This document shows, piece by piece, positions 18,048-29,274 of a DNA stretch of 64,000 nucleotides; positions within the stretch are counted from its first letter, which is position 1; each line of letters opens with the position of its first letter. The translations under genes and the position numbers were made by a program. The DNA is from an uncultured Acidimicrobiia bacterium (GTDB taxonomy: Bacteria; Actinomycetota; Acidimicrobiia; Acidimicrobiales; AC-14): positions 160,001 through 224,000 of the forward strand of contig CAWIIV010000024.1 of the NCBI GenBank assembly GCA_963836205.1. Reading direction: 5' to 3'. Under the pieces are notes generated by a model. It was not told the origin of the DNA. It worked only from the letters and a program-made list of their open reading frames with translations, and made no database searches.

Positions 18048-18893
18048 TCACCCCCGCTGGTACCGGCGAGCGGCGAGGGGGGCGAAGAGGGCGGCGAAGA
18101 CGAGCGACCACAGCAGCGACCGCACCGCGAAGTACCCCGCGGGATGGCCGAGGACGGCCTCCGCCTTGTCGCCCAGGGAGAAGGCCCGCACCGCGTTGAC
18201 CAGTTGGGTGAGGGGTTGCTGCTCGGCGAAGGGCTGCATCCAGCCCGGCATCGAGTCCACCGGCACGAAGGCGCTGGACACGAACGTGAACGGGAAGACC
18301 AGCAGGCCGATGCTCTGGGCCGCCTGGGGGGTGCCGGCCATGATGCCCAGCCACACGAACAGCCAGGTGAAGGCGAAGGCGGCAATCACGCACAGGGCCA
18401 CCGCGGCCAGCAGGCTGAGGATGGCGGCCGACGTGCGGAAGCCCACCGCGAAGCCGACCGCGGTCGTCACCGCCAGGCCGATGACGCCCAGGGAGGTGTC
18501 GGCCACGACCCGCCCGGAGACGACGCCCAGGCGGGGCACGGGCAAGGACCGCAGCCGGTCGAACAGGCCCTCGTTGAGGTCCTCGGCCGCGCCGATGGAG
18601 GCGGTCATGCCCGAGAACAGCACGCCCGTGCCCACGAAGCCGGGGACGAGGAAGTCGACGTAACGGATCCCGCCGATGGGGATGGCGCCGCCGAACACGT
18701 ACCGGAAGATGAGCAGGAACATGGCGCCCTGGATCATCCCGATCACGAAGACCTGGGGCGTCCGCACGTTGCGCAGGACCGTGCGCCGGGCGATGCCCAA
18801 GGTGGTGACCAGGAAACCGGCCGGCTTGGCCGGACGGGGGAGATCGATCCCGGGCTCGAGCCCGTCGGTGACGGCGGGGGTGGTGGCAGTCAT
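18048..18893 (-). CDS. ABC-2 type exporter permease (DrrB-like)
   Basis: YVDFLVPG, DRLRSLP, FVSSAFVPVDSMPGWMQ; 6 TM. Confidence 0.9.
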   Translation of the reverse strand: MTATTPAVTDGLEPGIDLPRPAKPAGFLVTTLGIARRTVLRNVRTPQVFVIGMIQGAMFLLIFRYVFGGAIPIGGIRYVDFLVPGFVGTGVLFSGMTASIGAAEDLNEGLFDRLRSLPVPRLGVVSGRVVADTSLGVIGLAVTTAVGFAVGFRTSAAILSLLAAVALCVIAAFAFTWLFVWLGIMAGTPQAAQSIGLLVFPFTFVSSAFVPVDSMPGWMQPFAEQQPLTQLVNAVRAFSLGDKAEAVLGHPAGYFAVRSLLWSLVFAALFAPLAARRYQRG

Positions 18894-18907
18894 GTCGTCT
18901 CGTCCTC

Positions 18908-19912
18908 CTATGCCGCGGGGCGGCCGCGCTTGCGGCCGGTGGTGGGGGCCGACTCGTCCGGCGTCTCCTCCGCCCGACGGCCGGTGAGCTTGAGGAACAC
19001 CTCGTCGAGGGTCGCCCGGCGCAGGCCGACGTCGGCCACCTGCACCCCCAGCGAGTCGAGGATCCGCACCGTCTCCAGGAGTTGGGCGGAGCCCTCGGCG
19101 ACGGGGATGGCGACCGACCGGGTGGGAACGTCGACCCGGGGCGGCTCCATCCCGAGGGGAGCCAGGGCGGCCACCACCCGTTCGAGGTCGGCCGGGTCGG
19201 TGACGTGGACCTGGACCACGTCGACTCCGCCGAGCGACTTGAGCTGGTCGGAGGAACCCTCGGCGATGACCTTGCCGTGGTCGATGATGGCGATGTGGGA
19301 GGCCAGGTGGTCGGCCTCGTCGAGGTACTGGGTGGTGAGCAGCACGTCGGTGCCCGACGCCACCAGATCGCGGATGATCTCCCACAGCTCGTTGCGGCTG
19401 CGGGGGTCGAGGCCGGTGGTGGGCTCGTCGAGCAGCAGCAGCGCGGGTGCCCCCACCAGGCTGGCGCCCAGGTCGAGCTTGCGGCGCATGCCGCCGGAGT
19501 AGGTGCGCACCAGGCGGTCGGCGGCGTCGGCCAGCCCCAGCCGGCCGAGCACCACCTTGGCGCTGGCCTCGGCCTGCTTGGTGTCGTGGCCGAAGAGACG
19601 GCCGATGAGCACCAGGTTCTCCCGTCCCGACATGGCCCCCTCGACCGCGGCCGACTGGCCGGCCAGGCCGATGACCCGGCGGACCTTGGCCGGCTCGGCC
19701 AGGGCGTCGATGCCGCCCACGGTGAGCGTGCCCGCGTCGGGCAGGAGAAGGGTGGCCACCATGCGGATGAAGGTGGTCTTGCCCGCCCCGTTGGGACCGA
19801 GGATGGCCGTGACCTGGCCCCGTTCGGCCACCAGGTCGAGCCCGGCCAGGGCCTCGGTCTTCTTGAACCGCTTGGTGAGCCCGTGGGCTTCGATGATGGG
19901 CGGCATCGTCAT
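18908..19912 (-). CDS. ABC exporter ATP-binding protein (DrrA-like)
   Basis: GPNGAGKT, YSGGMRRKLDL, LLDEPTTGLDP, LTTQYLDEAD. Confidence 0.93.
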   Translation of the reverse strand: MTMPPIIEAHGLTKRFKKTEALAGLDLVAERGQVTAILGPNGAGKTTFIRMVATLLLPDAGTLTVGGIDALAEPAKVRRVIGLAGQSAAVEGAMSGRENLVLIGRLFGHDTKQAEASAKVVLGRLGLADAADRLVRTYSGGMRRKLDLGASLVGAPALLLLDEPTTGLDPRSRNELWEIIRDLVASGTDVLLTTQYLDEADHLASHIAIIDHGKVIAEGSSDQLKSLGGVDVVQVHVTDPADLERVVAALAPLGMEPPRVDVPTRSVAIPVAEGSAQLLETVRILDSLGVQVADVGLRRATLDEVFLKLTGRRAEETPDESAPTTGRKRGRPAA

Positions 19913-20610
19913 CGCTCCTGACTGGGTTCGGGGTTGGTGAGGTCGGTGGGGCATTTCGGGTCGGGCGGGGGTCCGGCGCGGTCGGCGCGGTCGGCGTCGT
20001 CGGCCCGCTCGCCGCCGGGGGCATACCAGCTGCGCCACTCGTCGAGGCCGCTCAGCTCGCCCGACTCGAGGTCCTTCGCCAGCCGCTCCACGTAGTCGAG
20101 CTCGGCTCGGCGCAGCGCCTGCACATACTCCGTCTCCAGGGCGAACAGTCGGGGCAGGCCGTGGGACCGGGCCGCGGCCACCGCCCCGTCGAGGAGGGCG
20201 ATCTCGATCTCCAGGGCCCTGGCCCGCTGGAGGAGGGCGTCGAGGGCCTCGTCCGGGGGCAGGGCGGGGAGCAGGCTGAGGGCGGCCTCGAACTGGAGGT
20301 ACTCCTTCACCGGCGCCGCCAGCAGCTCCGAAAGCCAGTCGGACATCTCCCGCATTCCGGCGTCGGTGATCTCGTAGATCGTGCGCTCGGGCCGCCGCCC
20401 GGCCCGGACGGTCTCCCGGGCCCGGATCAGGTCCCGCTTCTCGAGGGCCTCGACCACGCCGTAGAGGGAGCCGTAGTTGAGGCGGATGCTCTCGTGCTTG
20501 GCCCGGTGGCGGAGGGTCTGGGCCACCTCGTAGGGGTGCATCGGCTTCTCCAGGAAGCACGTGAGCACGGCCAGGGCCAGCGGGTTCGAGCGGGCGCCGC
20601 GGAACGACAC
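19909..20610 (-). CDS. PadR family transcriptional regulator
   Basis: PMHPYE, GSLYGVVEALEKRDLI, PERTIYEITDAG; ATGA overlap with the ABC ATPase. Confidence 0.9.
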   Translation of the reverse strand: MSFRGARSNPLALAVLTCFLEKPMHPYEVAQTLRHRAKHESIRLNYGSLYGVVEALEKRDLIRARETVRAGRRPERTIYEITDAGMREMSDWLSELLAAPVKEYLQFEAALSLLPALPPDEALDALLQRARALEIEIALLDGAVAAARSHGLPRLFALETEYVQALRRAELDYVERLAKDLESGELSGLDEWRSWYAPGGERADDADRADRAGPPPDPKCPTDLTNPEPSQER

Positions 20611-20616
20611 TCGGAC

Positions 20617-20644
20617 AGAATACCCGCCCACAAGTACTCGTCAA
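20617..20644 (-). promoter_or_regulatory. Housekeeping-sigma promoter of the leaderless padR-ABC operon
   Basis: TTGACG-N16-TATTCT, 6 nt before GTG 20610. Confidence 0.7.
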
Positions 20645-20752
20645 GGGATATGTGGTTTGGACGCGAGGGCTGCGGCCCGATCGCCAACCTTAACGTCGGT
20701 CAGGCGGGCGACCTGCCCGGCGAGCGGCGAGAGGGTCGGGTCCGGCGGCACC

Positions 20753-21193
20753 TCAGCCGGCGGGCTCCCAGATGAGCTCGGCCACCTCGACGGCCACGAC
20801 GAAGCCGCTCCCGTCGGCGGCCGGCCGGACCTCGCCGGCGAGGGTGCAGACGGCGTCGTTCAGCCCGCGGTAGCGGGGGTCGTCGCTCAGATGGGTGAGG
20901 CTGCCGACCAGCCGTCCTGGCCCGCCGTCCACCGCCGAGCCGTACCCGTGCCAGGCGAACAGGACCGTGGCGCCGTCGTCGGTCTCGATCACGCCCCGGA
21001 AGTCCGGGGTGAGCGTGCCGTCGGTGCGCTTGCGGGGGTAGTTGGCGGCGCGGAGGCGCCCGGAGAGTCGTCCCTCCGAGCGCCCCTCCACCAGCAGGAA
21101 GCCCTGTCCCTCCACACCGTGGGCCCCGGCCAGCTCGACGCTCCACCGTTCGGTGGGCGCGAACGTGGCCCGGTACAGGGGTTCGAGGCGCAT
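20753..21193 (-). CDS. DUF3237-like beta-barrel protein
   Basis: GRLSGRL...PDFRGVIETDDGA...DPRYRGLN pattern. Confidence 0.65.
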   Translation of the reverse strand: MRLEPLYRATFAPTERWSVELAGAHGVEGQGFLLVEGRSEGRLSGRLRAANYPRKRTDGTLTPDFRGVIETDDGATVLFAWHGYGSAVDGGPGRLVGSLTHLSDDPRYRGLNDAVCTLAGEVRPAADGSGFVVAVEVAELIWEPAG

Positions 21194-21203
21194 CGCTCCG
21201 GCT

Positions 21204-22229
21204 TCAGCCGGCGGCCAGGCCGCCGACCGTCGCCGGTAGGCCCCCCTCGGCCGTCGAGCCGGCGGGCGTCAGTGACCCGTCGCCGTCGACCGCCCAGCCG
21301 TAGACGCTGCCCGAGTCGGCGTCGAGGGCGTACAGAAACGCCCCGTCGCCGGTGAGGCCGAGATCGCGCAGGCCGGTGCGGCCGTCGACGGTGACGCCGG
21401 CGGTCGCGTCCTCCAGGGTGAGGCTGCCGTCGGTGTCGATCCGGTACCGGGACACGGCCCCGTCGGCGAAGTTGGTGGTGAACGCGTGGCGGCCGTCGGC
21501 GGTCACGACCGCCCAGCAGATCTCGCTGCGCCCGTTGCCGACCGACTGCGTCACGGGGGTGATGGTCGCGCCGTCGACCGAGTACGACGAGGCCGCGGCC
21601 GCCCCCTTCCGGGCGCCGAACGCCTCCGTGACGACCAGGGTGCCGTCGCTGGTGATGGCGAAGCCGTAGGGCGTCGGCCCCGACGACTCCACCGCGTGGA
21701 GCGACCCGAGGGTCCCGTCGGTGCCGACGGCGAAGGAGGAGATCGAGTTCGCCCCCCGCTCGGTGACGACGAGCGTGGACCCGTCCGCCGTGAACCCGAC
21801 CTGGGCACCGTCGGCGTCGGGCGCCGACAACGACGTCTCCCCGCCTGCGATCGGCTTGAGGCCACCCTCGCCCAGCCGGAAGCCGGTCACCATGGCCGTG
21901 CCGGTGTTGAGGACGTAGACGAGGCCGCCGTGCTCGGCCACGCTCTTGGGCGCGCTACCGGAGGGGGTCCGCCCGGCCGCCTCCAGCTCGCCGCCGGCGC
22001 CCACCGTGAAGACGGTGACGTCGTCGCTGGCCGCGTTGGTGACGACGAGGTGCCGTCCGTCCCCGGACAGGACCACCGAGCCCTGCGACGTGAGGTGGGG
22101 CTTGTCGTCTCCGGACCCGCCGGTGGGGTAGGAACCGATCACGGTCAGGCTGCCGTCGCCTTCCCGGCGGAACGCGACCACCCGGTTCTCCTGCTCGTTC
22201 GTCTGCACGTACACCGTGGCATCGGACAC
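21204..22229 (-). CDS. Lactonase family 7-bladed beta-propeller protein
   Basis: Repeated blades (VVAFRR...LTVIGSYPTGG, DGRHLVVTNAAS, ICWAVVTADGRHAFTTN); GGAGG RBS. Confidence 0.85.
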   Translation of the reverse strand: MSDATVYVQTNEQENRVVAFRREGDGSLTVIGSYPTGGSGDDKPHLTSQGSVVLSGDGRHLVVTNAASDDVTVFTVGAGGELEAAGRTPSGSAPKSVAEHGGLVYVLNTGTAMVTGFRLGEGGLKPIAGGETSLSAPDADGAQVGFTADGSTLVVTERGANSISSFAVGTDGTLGSLHAVESSGPTPYGFAITSDGTLVVTEAFGARKGAAAASSYSVDGATITPVTQSVGNGRSEICWAVVTADGRHAFTTNFADGAVSRYRIDTDGSLTLEDATAGVTVDGRTGLRDLGLTGDGAFLYALDADSGSVYGWAVDGDGSLTPAGSTAEGGLPATVGGLAAG

Positions 22230-22293
22230 GTCGCCTCCACTTCACTCCTCGGGTTGACGGGCTGTCGTCCGGCGGGGGTGGGGCCGCGTTACA

Positions 22294-22309
22294 CGAAACT
22301 GATTCTCAA
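22294..22309. promoter_or_regulatory. Possible Fur-family (Zur-like) operator
   Basis: Minus strand TGAGAATCAGTTTCG matches TGAAAATCATTTTCA at 12/15 positions; AT-rich patch in GC-rich DNA. Confidence 0.4.
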
Positions 22310-22384
22310 GCGGGAGGCGGGGCCGGGCTGCGTCGGGGCCGAGGCAGGCCTCCGGGACCGCAGCCGGTGTGTGCCAAGCTGGGA

Positions 22385-24219
<1,835 letters not shown>

Positions 24220-24224
24220 ACGAG

Positions 24225-24802
24225 ATGCCCGAGACGTGCGCCCTTTGCGGCGGGGAGGCCGGCCAGTCCGAATACGGGCTGGTCAGCTGGCCCGCCCTCC
24301 CCGACATCGGCTGGCACTACGAGTGCATGGCCACGCCCGAGGGGGCGGAGTGGTTCGCCGGCCAGCGGGCGGCGCACCCCCTCCTCGACCGCCAGGTCAC
24401 GCTCCGCACGCTCCGGGTGCAGCAGGAGTGCGAGTGGTGCCACGAGGTGCAGCTGGTGAGCCCCACCGCCATCGGCCACAACGTCACCGGCTGGTGGATC
24501 ACGTGCGACTCGTGCCCCACCCCGTGGCGGGACGCGGTCAACGGGTGGGACAACGAGGACGTCATCCGCAAGCTGTGGGGCCTCCGCCTGCGCTACGAGG
24601 TCGACGACTGGGACGACGCGGCCGAGGCCGAGCTGGCCGCCCTCGACGAGATCCTGCCCAGCGCCTTCCGCAAGTGCGGGGCCTGCGGCGGACAGTTCAG
24701 CTTCGCCTCCCGGGTGCGGTGCGTGGAATGCGCGGCCCTGCTGCCCATCGACTCCTGGTTCCACTACAGCTACCAGCCGGAGGATGACGAGGAGGAAGGT
24801 GA
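24225..24802 (+). CDS. Cys-rich putative zinc-binding protein (true 3' end uncertain; the frame stays open to 25628)
   Basis: ATG 24225; CALC, HYEC, CEWC, CDSC, CGAC and CVEC motifs; protein-like sequence up to about 24800, then shadow-like. Confidence 0.65.
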
Positions 24803-24804
24803 CG

Positions 24805-25482
24805 ATGCTGTTGGCCGAGGAGCTGGCGTTGGTGGCCGTGAACCCGGACACGGGACGCCACGCCACCGGCAACCGATCCCACCTCAACGCCTGCCTGGCC
24901 GGGCTCCTCGTGGCCGAGCTGGTGTTGGACGGGGCGGTCGCTCCGGGGGACCCCGCCGGGCAGGTGGTGGTCACCAGCCGGAAGGCCCCCGACTCGCCCA
25001 CATTGGCCGCCGCGGCCCAGGTCGTGGCCGAGAAGGCGCCCAAGCTGAAGGCGGTTCTTCAGCACATGAGCCGCGGCCTCGAGGGCCAGCTCGGCCTCGG
25101 CACCTGGGACGTGATCGTCGCCGGGCTGGTGGCCGACGGCGCCCTGGCCCCGACCGAGGGCTCGATCCGGCCCAGGACCGACGTCCTCGACGCCCGCCGC
25201 CGCGACGGTGTGGTCGCCCGGTTGCAGTCCGCGGCCAACAGCGACGCGCCGATGGACCCTCGCACTGCACTGGTCCTCAACATGGCCGGCCCGGCCAACC
25301 TCTTGGAGGTGGTGGCGCCCGAGCGGGGTATCCGGAGGCACGCCCGCCGCCGCATCGACCACGGGCTCGACGGCACCGACCTGGAGATCTTCGGCAAGAC
25401 CGTGCGCAAGCTGATCGCGGAGGCGGCTGCGGCCGCGTCGGCCACCGGGGCCGGGGGCGCGGTCGCCGCCAGCAGCGGCTGA
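24805..25482 (+). CDS. GPP34/GOLPH3 family protein
   Basis: MLLAEELALVA...LAGLLVAELVLDG pattern; GGAGG RBS; C-terminal Ala/Gly tail. Confidence 0.8.
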   Translation: MLLAEELALVAVNPDTGRHATGNRSHLNACLAGLLVAELVLDGAVAPGDPAGQVVVTSRKAPDSPTLAAAAQVVAEKAPKLKAVLQHMSRGLEGQLGLGTWDVIVAGLVADGALAPTEGSIRPRTDVLDARRRDGVVARLQSAANSDAPMDPRTALVLNMAGPANLLEVVAPERGIRRHARRRIDHGLDGTDLEIFGKTVRKLIAEAAAAASATGAGGAVAASSG

Positions 25483-25614
25483 CCGGATCGCCTCAGGCCG
25501 GATCGACTCAGGCCGGATCGACTCAGGCCGGATCGACTCAGGCCGGATCGACTCAGGCCGGATCGACTCAGGCCGGATCGACTCAGGCCGGATCGTCTCG
25601 GCCGGATCGACTCA
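25481..25614. repeat. 15-bp tandem repeat (GGCCGGATCGACTCA) x9
   Basis: 7 perfect and 2 variant units between convergent stop codons. Confidence 0.97.
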
Positions 25615-26524
25615 GGCGGGGCGGGTGACGTCCGGCTCGAGATAGATGATCCGGGCCTCGGGCACAGAGGTCCGCACCGACGTCTCCACCCGGTCGATGG
25701 CGTCCGCCACCTCCCGGAAGGCGAGGTCGGTGTCGAGCTCGATCTTGGCCGCCAGCAACAGCTCGTCGGGGCCGAGGTGTTGGGTGCGCATGTGGATCAC
25801 CCGTCGTACCCCGGGGTCGCCCTCGATGGCGGCGCGGATCTTGGCCACCATCTCGGGCGTCGCCGACTCGCCGATGAGGAGGCCCTTCATCTCGATCATG
25901 AGGATGACGGCGATCACGCCGAGGAGCACGCCGATGGCGAGGGTGCCGGCGGCGTCGAAGCGGGCGTTGCCGGTGATCTCGGCCAGACCGATGCCGGCGA
26001 GGGCGAAGCAGAGGCCGACCTCGGCGCCGATGTCCTCCAGCAGCACGACGGGCAGCTCGGGGATCTTCGAGTGGCGGATGAAGCTCCACCACGACTGGTC
26101 GCCCTTGGTGTGGCGGCTCTCCTTGATGGCCGTGCGCAGGGAGTAGGTCTCGAGGGCGATGGCCACGAGGAGGATCCCGACCGCGATCGGCACCGATCCG
26201 ATCTCGTGCGGGTGGCGCATCTTCTCATCACCCTCGAACAGGGCGAAGAGCGAGCCCAGGGTGAAGATGACCAGCGCCACGACGAACGACCAGAAGTACC
26301 GCTCCCGGCCGTAGCCGAAGGGGTGCTCGACGTCGGCCCGCCGCCGGGCGCGGTTGCCGCCCAGGAGCAGGAGACCCTGGTTGCTGCTGTCGGCCACCGA
26401 GTGGACGGCCTCGGCCAGCATCGACGTCGCCCCGGTGAGGAGGAAACCCGACGAACTTGGCGATGGCGATCCCCGCGTTGGCGAAGAAGGCGGCGATGAT
26501 GGCCTTGCGGCTGCCGTCCTGCAT
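25612..26524 (-). CDS. Cation diffusion facilitator transporter, frameshift near 26445
   Basis: MQDGSRKAIIAAFFANAGIAIAKFVGF joins ...SMLAEAVHSVADSSNQ, HPFGYGRERY, VLLED; one extra T. Confidence 0.88.
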
Positions 26525-26535
26525 GGGGGCGGACC

Positions 26536-27147
26536 TTATCCGGCCGATACCTCGGTCAGCCTCTTTGCCACCGTGCGCAGGTCGTCGACGAAGGCGGCCA
26601 TCTCCCGGTGGCGGGCGTCGTCGTCGCGGGCCCGCAGGATCGACGACGGGTGGACGGTGGCGGTGATCGTGGGCCGGTCGGCCTGCTCGAAGAACTCGCC
26701 CCGGTGCTTGGTGACCCGGAAGTCCTTGCCCAGGAGGGCCTGGGCGGCGGTCGCGCCCAGGGCGACCACGATCTTCGGCTGGACGGCGGCGATCTCCGCC
26801 TCCAACCACGGCCGGCAGGCCTCGACCTCGGCCGCGTTCGGCTTCTGGTGGATGCGGCGCTTGCCCTTGGCCGTCCACTTGAAGTGCTTGACCGCGTTGG
26901 TGAGGTAGGTCGTGGCCCGGTCGATGCCGGCCTCGTCGAGGGCCTTGTCGAGAAGGGCGCCGGCGGGACCTACGAACGGGTGGCCCTCGACGTCCTCCCG
27001 GTCGCCGGGCTGCTCACCGACCAGCATCAGGCTGGCGTGTTCGGGCCCCTCGCCGAAGACGGTCTGGGTGCCCGTCCGCCACAGGTCGCACGCCTGGCAG
27101 CCGGCGGCGTCGGTGCGCAGCCCGTCGAGCGGCGTCGGCTCGGCCAC
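26536..27147 (-). CDS. udgX: UdgX-type family-4 uracil-DNA binding/glycosylase
   Basis: CQACDL, GEQPGDRED, PFVGPAG, diagnostic KRRIHQKP loop, TVHPS. Confidence 0.88.
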   Translation of the reverse strand: MAEPTPLDGLRTDAAGCQACDLWRTGTQTVFGEGPEHASLMLVGEQPGDREDVEGHPFVGPAGALLDKALDEAGIDRATTYLTNAVKHFKWTAKGKRRIHQKPNAAEVEACRPWLEAEIAAVQPKIVVALGATAAQALLGKDFRVTKHRGEFFEQADRPTITATVHPSSILRARDDDARHREMAAFVDDLRTVAKRLTEVSAG

Positions 27148-27169
27148 GGTCGGGGCGCTACCCGGGGGC

Positions 27170-27661
27170 TCAGGTGAGCAAACGGCCCTGCTCGACCGCG
27201 GGGTAGCCCTCGGCGGCCAGGAGCGCCCGCTTGGCGTCGAGCCCGAGGCCGAACCCGCCCAGCCCGTTGGCCGCAACCACCCGGTGGCAGGGGACGATCA
27301 CCGGCACCCGGTTGCGCCCGAGGGCGCCGCCGACGGCCCGGGCAGCCCCCGGCTTGCCGATGGCCTCGGCCACCTCGCCGTAGGTCCAGGCGTCGCCCGG
27401 AGGGATGGCCCGGATGGCGGTGAGCACGGCCCGGTCGAACTCGGGCACCCCCCGCCAGTCGATCGGGACCGGCTGGCGGGTGAGCAGCTCGGGCGGCTGC
27501 TCGGCCCGGGTGACCGGGCGCCCGAACTGCTCCTTGAACCCAGCCTCGAACCGGGCCGCGTCGGTACCGGGCTCCACCCGGCACACCCCGTGGTCGTTCC
27601 ACGCCACGAAGGCGGGCCCCATGGGCGTGTCGAGGGCGATGTAGGCATCGTGGTCGGCCAT
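27170..27661 (-). CDS. ogt: Methylated-DNA-protein-cysteine methyltransferase
   Basis: TYGEVA, ARAVG and VPCHRVV active site. Confidence 0.92.
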   Translation of the reverse strand: MADHDAYIALDTPMGPAFVAWNDHGVCRVEPGTDAARFEAGFKEQFGRPVTRAEQPPELLTRQPVPIDWRGVPEFDRAVLTAIRAIPPGDAWTYGEVAEAIGKPGAARAVGGALGRNRVPVIVPCHRVVAANGLGGFGLGLDAKRALLAAEGYPAVEQGRLLT

Positions 27662-27691
27662 GCGACCAGTATGCCGGGAGGGTGCGACATC

Positions 27692-27743
27692 CGAACCGGT
27701 GACATTTTCGGTGCCTGGGGCCACCGGAAGTGTCCCCAGTTCG
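27692..27743. repeat. REP/MITE-like imperfect palindrome, family A copy 1
   Basis: cgaaccggtgacattttcggtg...caccggaagtgtccccagttcg; similar to 45009-45059. Confidence 0.7.
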
Positions 27744-27761
27744 CAGGCGGGCGCATCGGCG

Positions 27762-29219
27762 TCACCAGTTGGGGCGGATGCGGACCAGGCGGAGGACGTC
27801 GGTGACGGGGTCGGGATCCTTGGGCGATCCGACGAGGACGGCGACGACGTCGTCGGTCTTGACGATCCCGAGGTCGACCGCGGCCATGACCGCGAACCAC
27901 ACGATGTCGTCGGTGGTGCCCTGGCGCTCGGTGACGATCGGCGTGATGCCCCAGGCCACCGACAGCTGGCGGGCGGTGCGCAGCGACGGGGTGGCGGCCA
28001 GGATCGGCACCCGCGGCCGGAACCGGGAGATGGCTCGGGCCGTCGCCCCGCTGTTGGTGCAGGCGATGATGGCGGCGGCGTCGGAGTCGAGCGCGGCCCG
28101 CCAGGCAGCGGCCGACACCGCGGCGCTGATCCGGTCGAGGGCCGGCCCGCCCTTGACCCCGGCCAGCTGTTGCAGGCCCAGGTTGCGGCCCCAGGTCTCG
28201 TAGTCGAACTCCCGCTCGGCCCGGGTCGCGATCCGGGCCATCGCCCGCACCGCGGCGGCCGGGTCGTGGCCGATGGCCGTCTCCCCCGACAGCATCAACG
28301 CGCTCGTCCCGTCGAACACGGCGTTGGCCACGTCGCTGACCTCGGCGCGGGTCGGTGTGGGTGCCGAGATCATGGACTCGAGCATCTGGGTGGCGGTGAT
28401 CACCGGGCGGGCGTAGCTCACCCCGGTGAGGATGATCCGCTTCTGGTAGTGGGGGACGTCCTCCAGGTCGCAGCGCACGCCGAGGTCGCCCCGGGCCACC
28501 ATCACGCCGTCGGACGCGGCGATCACGTCGTTGATGGCGTCGACCGCCTCCTGGGTCTCGATCTTGGCCACCACCATGGGGCCGTCGGGACCCACCGCGT
28601 CCCGCACCCGCTCCACGTCGGCCGCCGAGCGCACGAACGACACCGCCACCGCGTCGACGCCTACCGCGTTCACCACCTCGAGCAGGCGCAGGTCCTCGGC
28701 GGTGGGGGTGGCGGGTGCCGGCCGTCCCGCGGGGAAGCTCACGCCCGGCCGGCCCCGCACCAGCCCGCCCGCCACCACGCTCGCCACCACCCGGCCCCTG
28801 CCGACGGACACCACCGAGAGCTGGATGCCGCCGTCGCCCAGCGCCACCCGGTCGCCGGACTGGACGTGGTCGAGCAGGTCGGGGTCGTCGACCGCGATGC
28901 GCCAGGCCACGCTCATCTCCGCGCCCGCCCCGGCGGGTACGAGCTCGGTGGTGTCGCCCTCGGTCAGGACGGCGCCGTCGTCGGGGAAGCTGGCCGCCCT
29001 CACCTTGGGGCCGGGGAGGTCGACGAGCACGCCCACGGTGCGGCCGACGTCGGCCGCCGCCCGCCGGACGAGGGCGATGCGCTCGACCGTCTCCGCCACC
29101 GGGCCGTGGGCCAGGGACAGGCGGGCCATGTCCATGCCGGCGGTCACCATCGCCCGGAGGGTGACGATGTCCTCCGAGGCGGGGCCGACGGTGGCGACGA
29201 TCTTGGTCCGGCGCTCCAC
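27762..29219 (-). CDS. pyk: Pyruvate kinase
   Basis: RRTKIVATVGP, DLPGPKVR, VAKIE, MVARGDLG, TQMLESM, PTRAEVSDV. Confidence 0.96.
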   Translation of the reverse strand: MERRTKIVATVGPASEDIVTLRAMVTAGMDMARLSLAHGPVAETVERIALVRRAAADVGRTVGVLVDLPGPKVRAASFPDDGAVLTEGDTTELVPAGAGAEMSVAWRIAVDDPDLLDHVQSGDRVALGDGGIQLSVVSVGRGRVVASVVAGGLVRGRPGVSFPAGRPAPATPTAEDLRLLEVVNAVGVDAVAVSFVRSAADVERVRDAVGPDGPMVVAKIETQEAVDAINDVIAASDGVMVARGDLGVRCDLEDVPHYQKRIILTGVSYARPVITATQMLESMISAPTPTRAEVSDVANAVFDGTSALMLSGETAIGHDPAAAVRAMARIATRAEREFDYETWGRNLGLQQLAGVKGGPALDRISAAVSAAAWRAALDSDAAAIIACTNSGATARAISRFRPRVPILAATPSLRTARQLSVAWGITPIVTERQGTTDDIVWFAVMAAVDLGIVKTDDVVAVLVGSPKDPDPVTDVLRLVRIRPNW

Positions 29220-29274
29220 GGCCGCCAGGCTACGGCCCGCCCGGGAAGGGCTCAGACGCCTCTAGCCTGGACGC

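Noticed and set aside
25481-25614. Possible CRISPR array
   Set aside because: Head-to-tail 15-bp units with no spacers and no cas genes; a simple VNTR.
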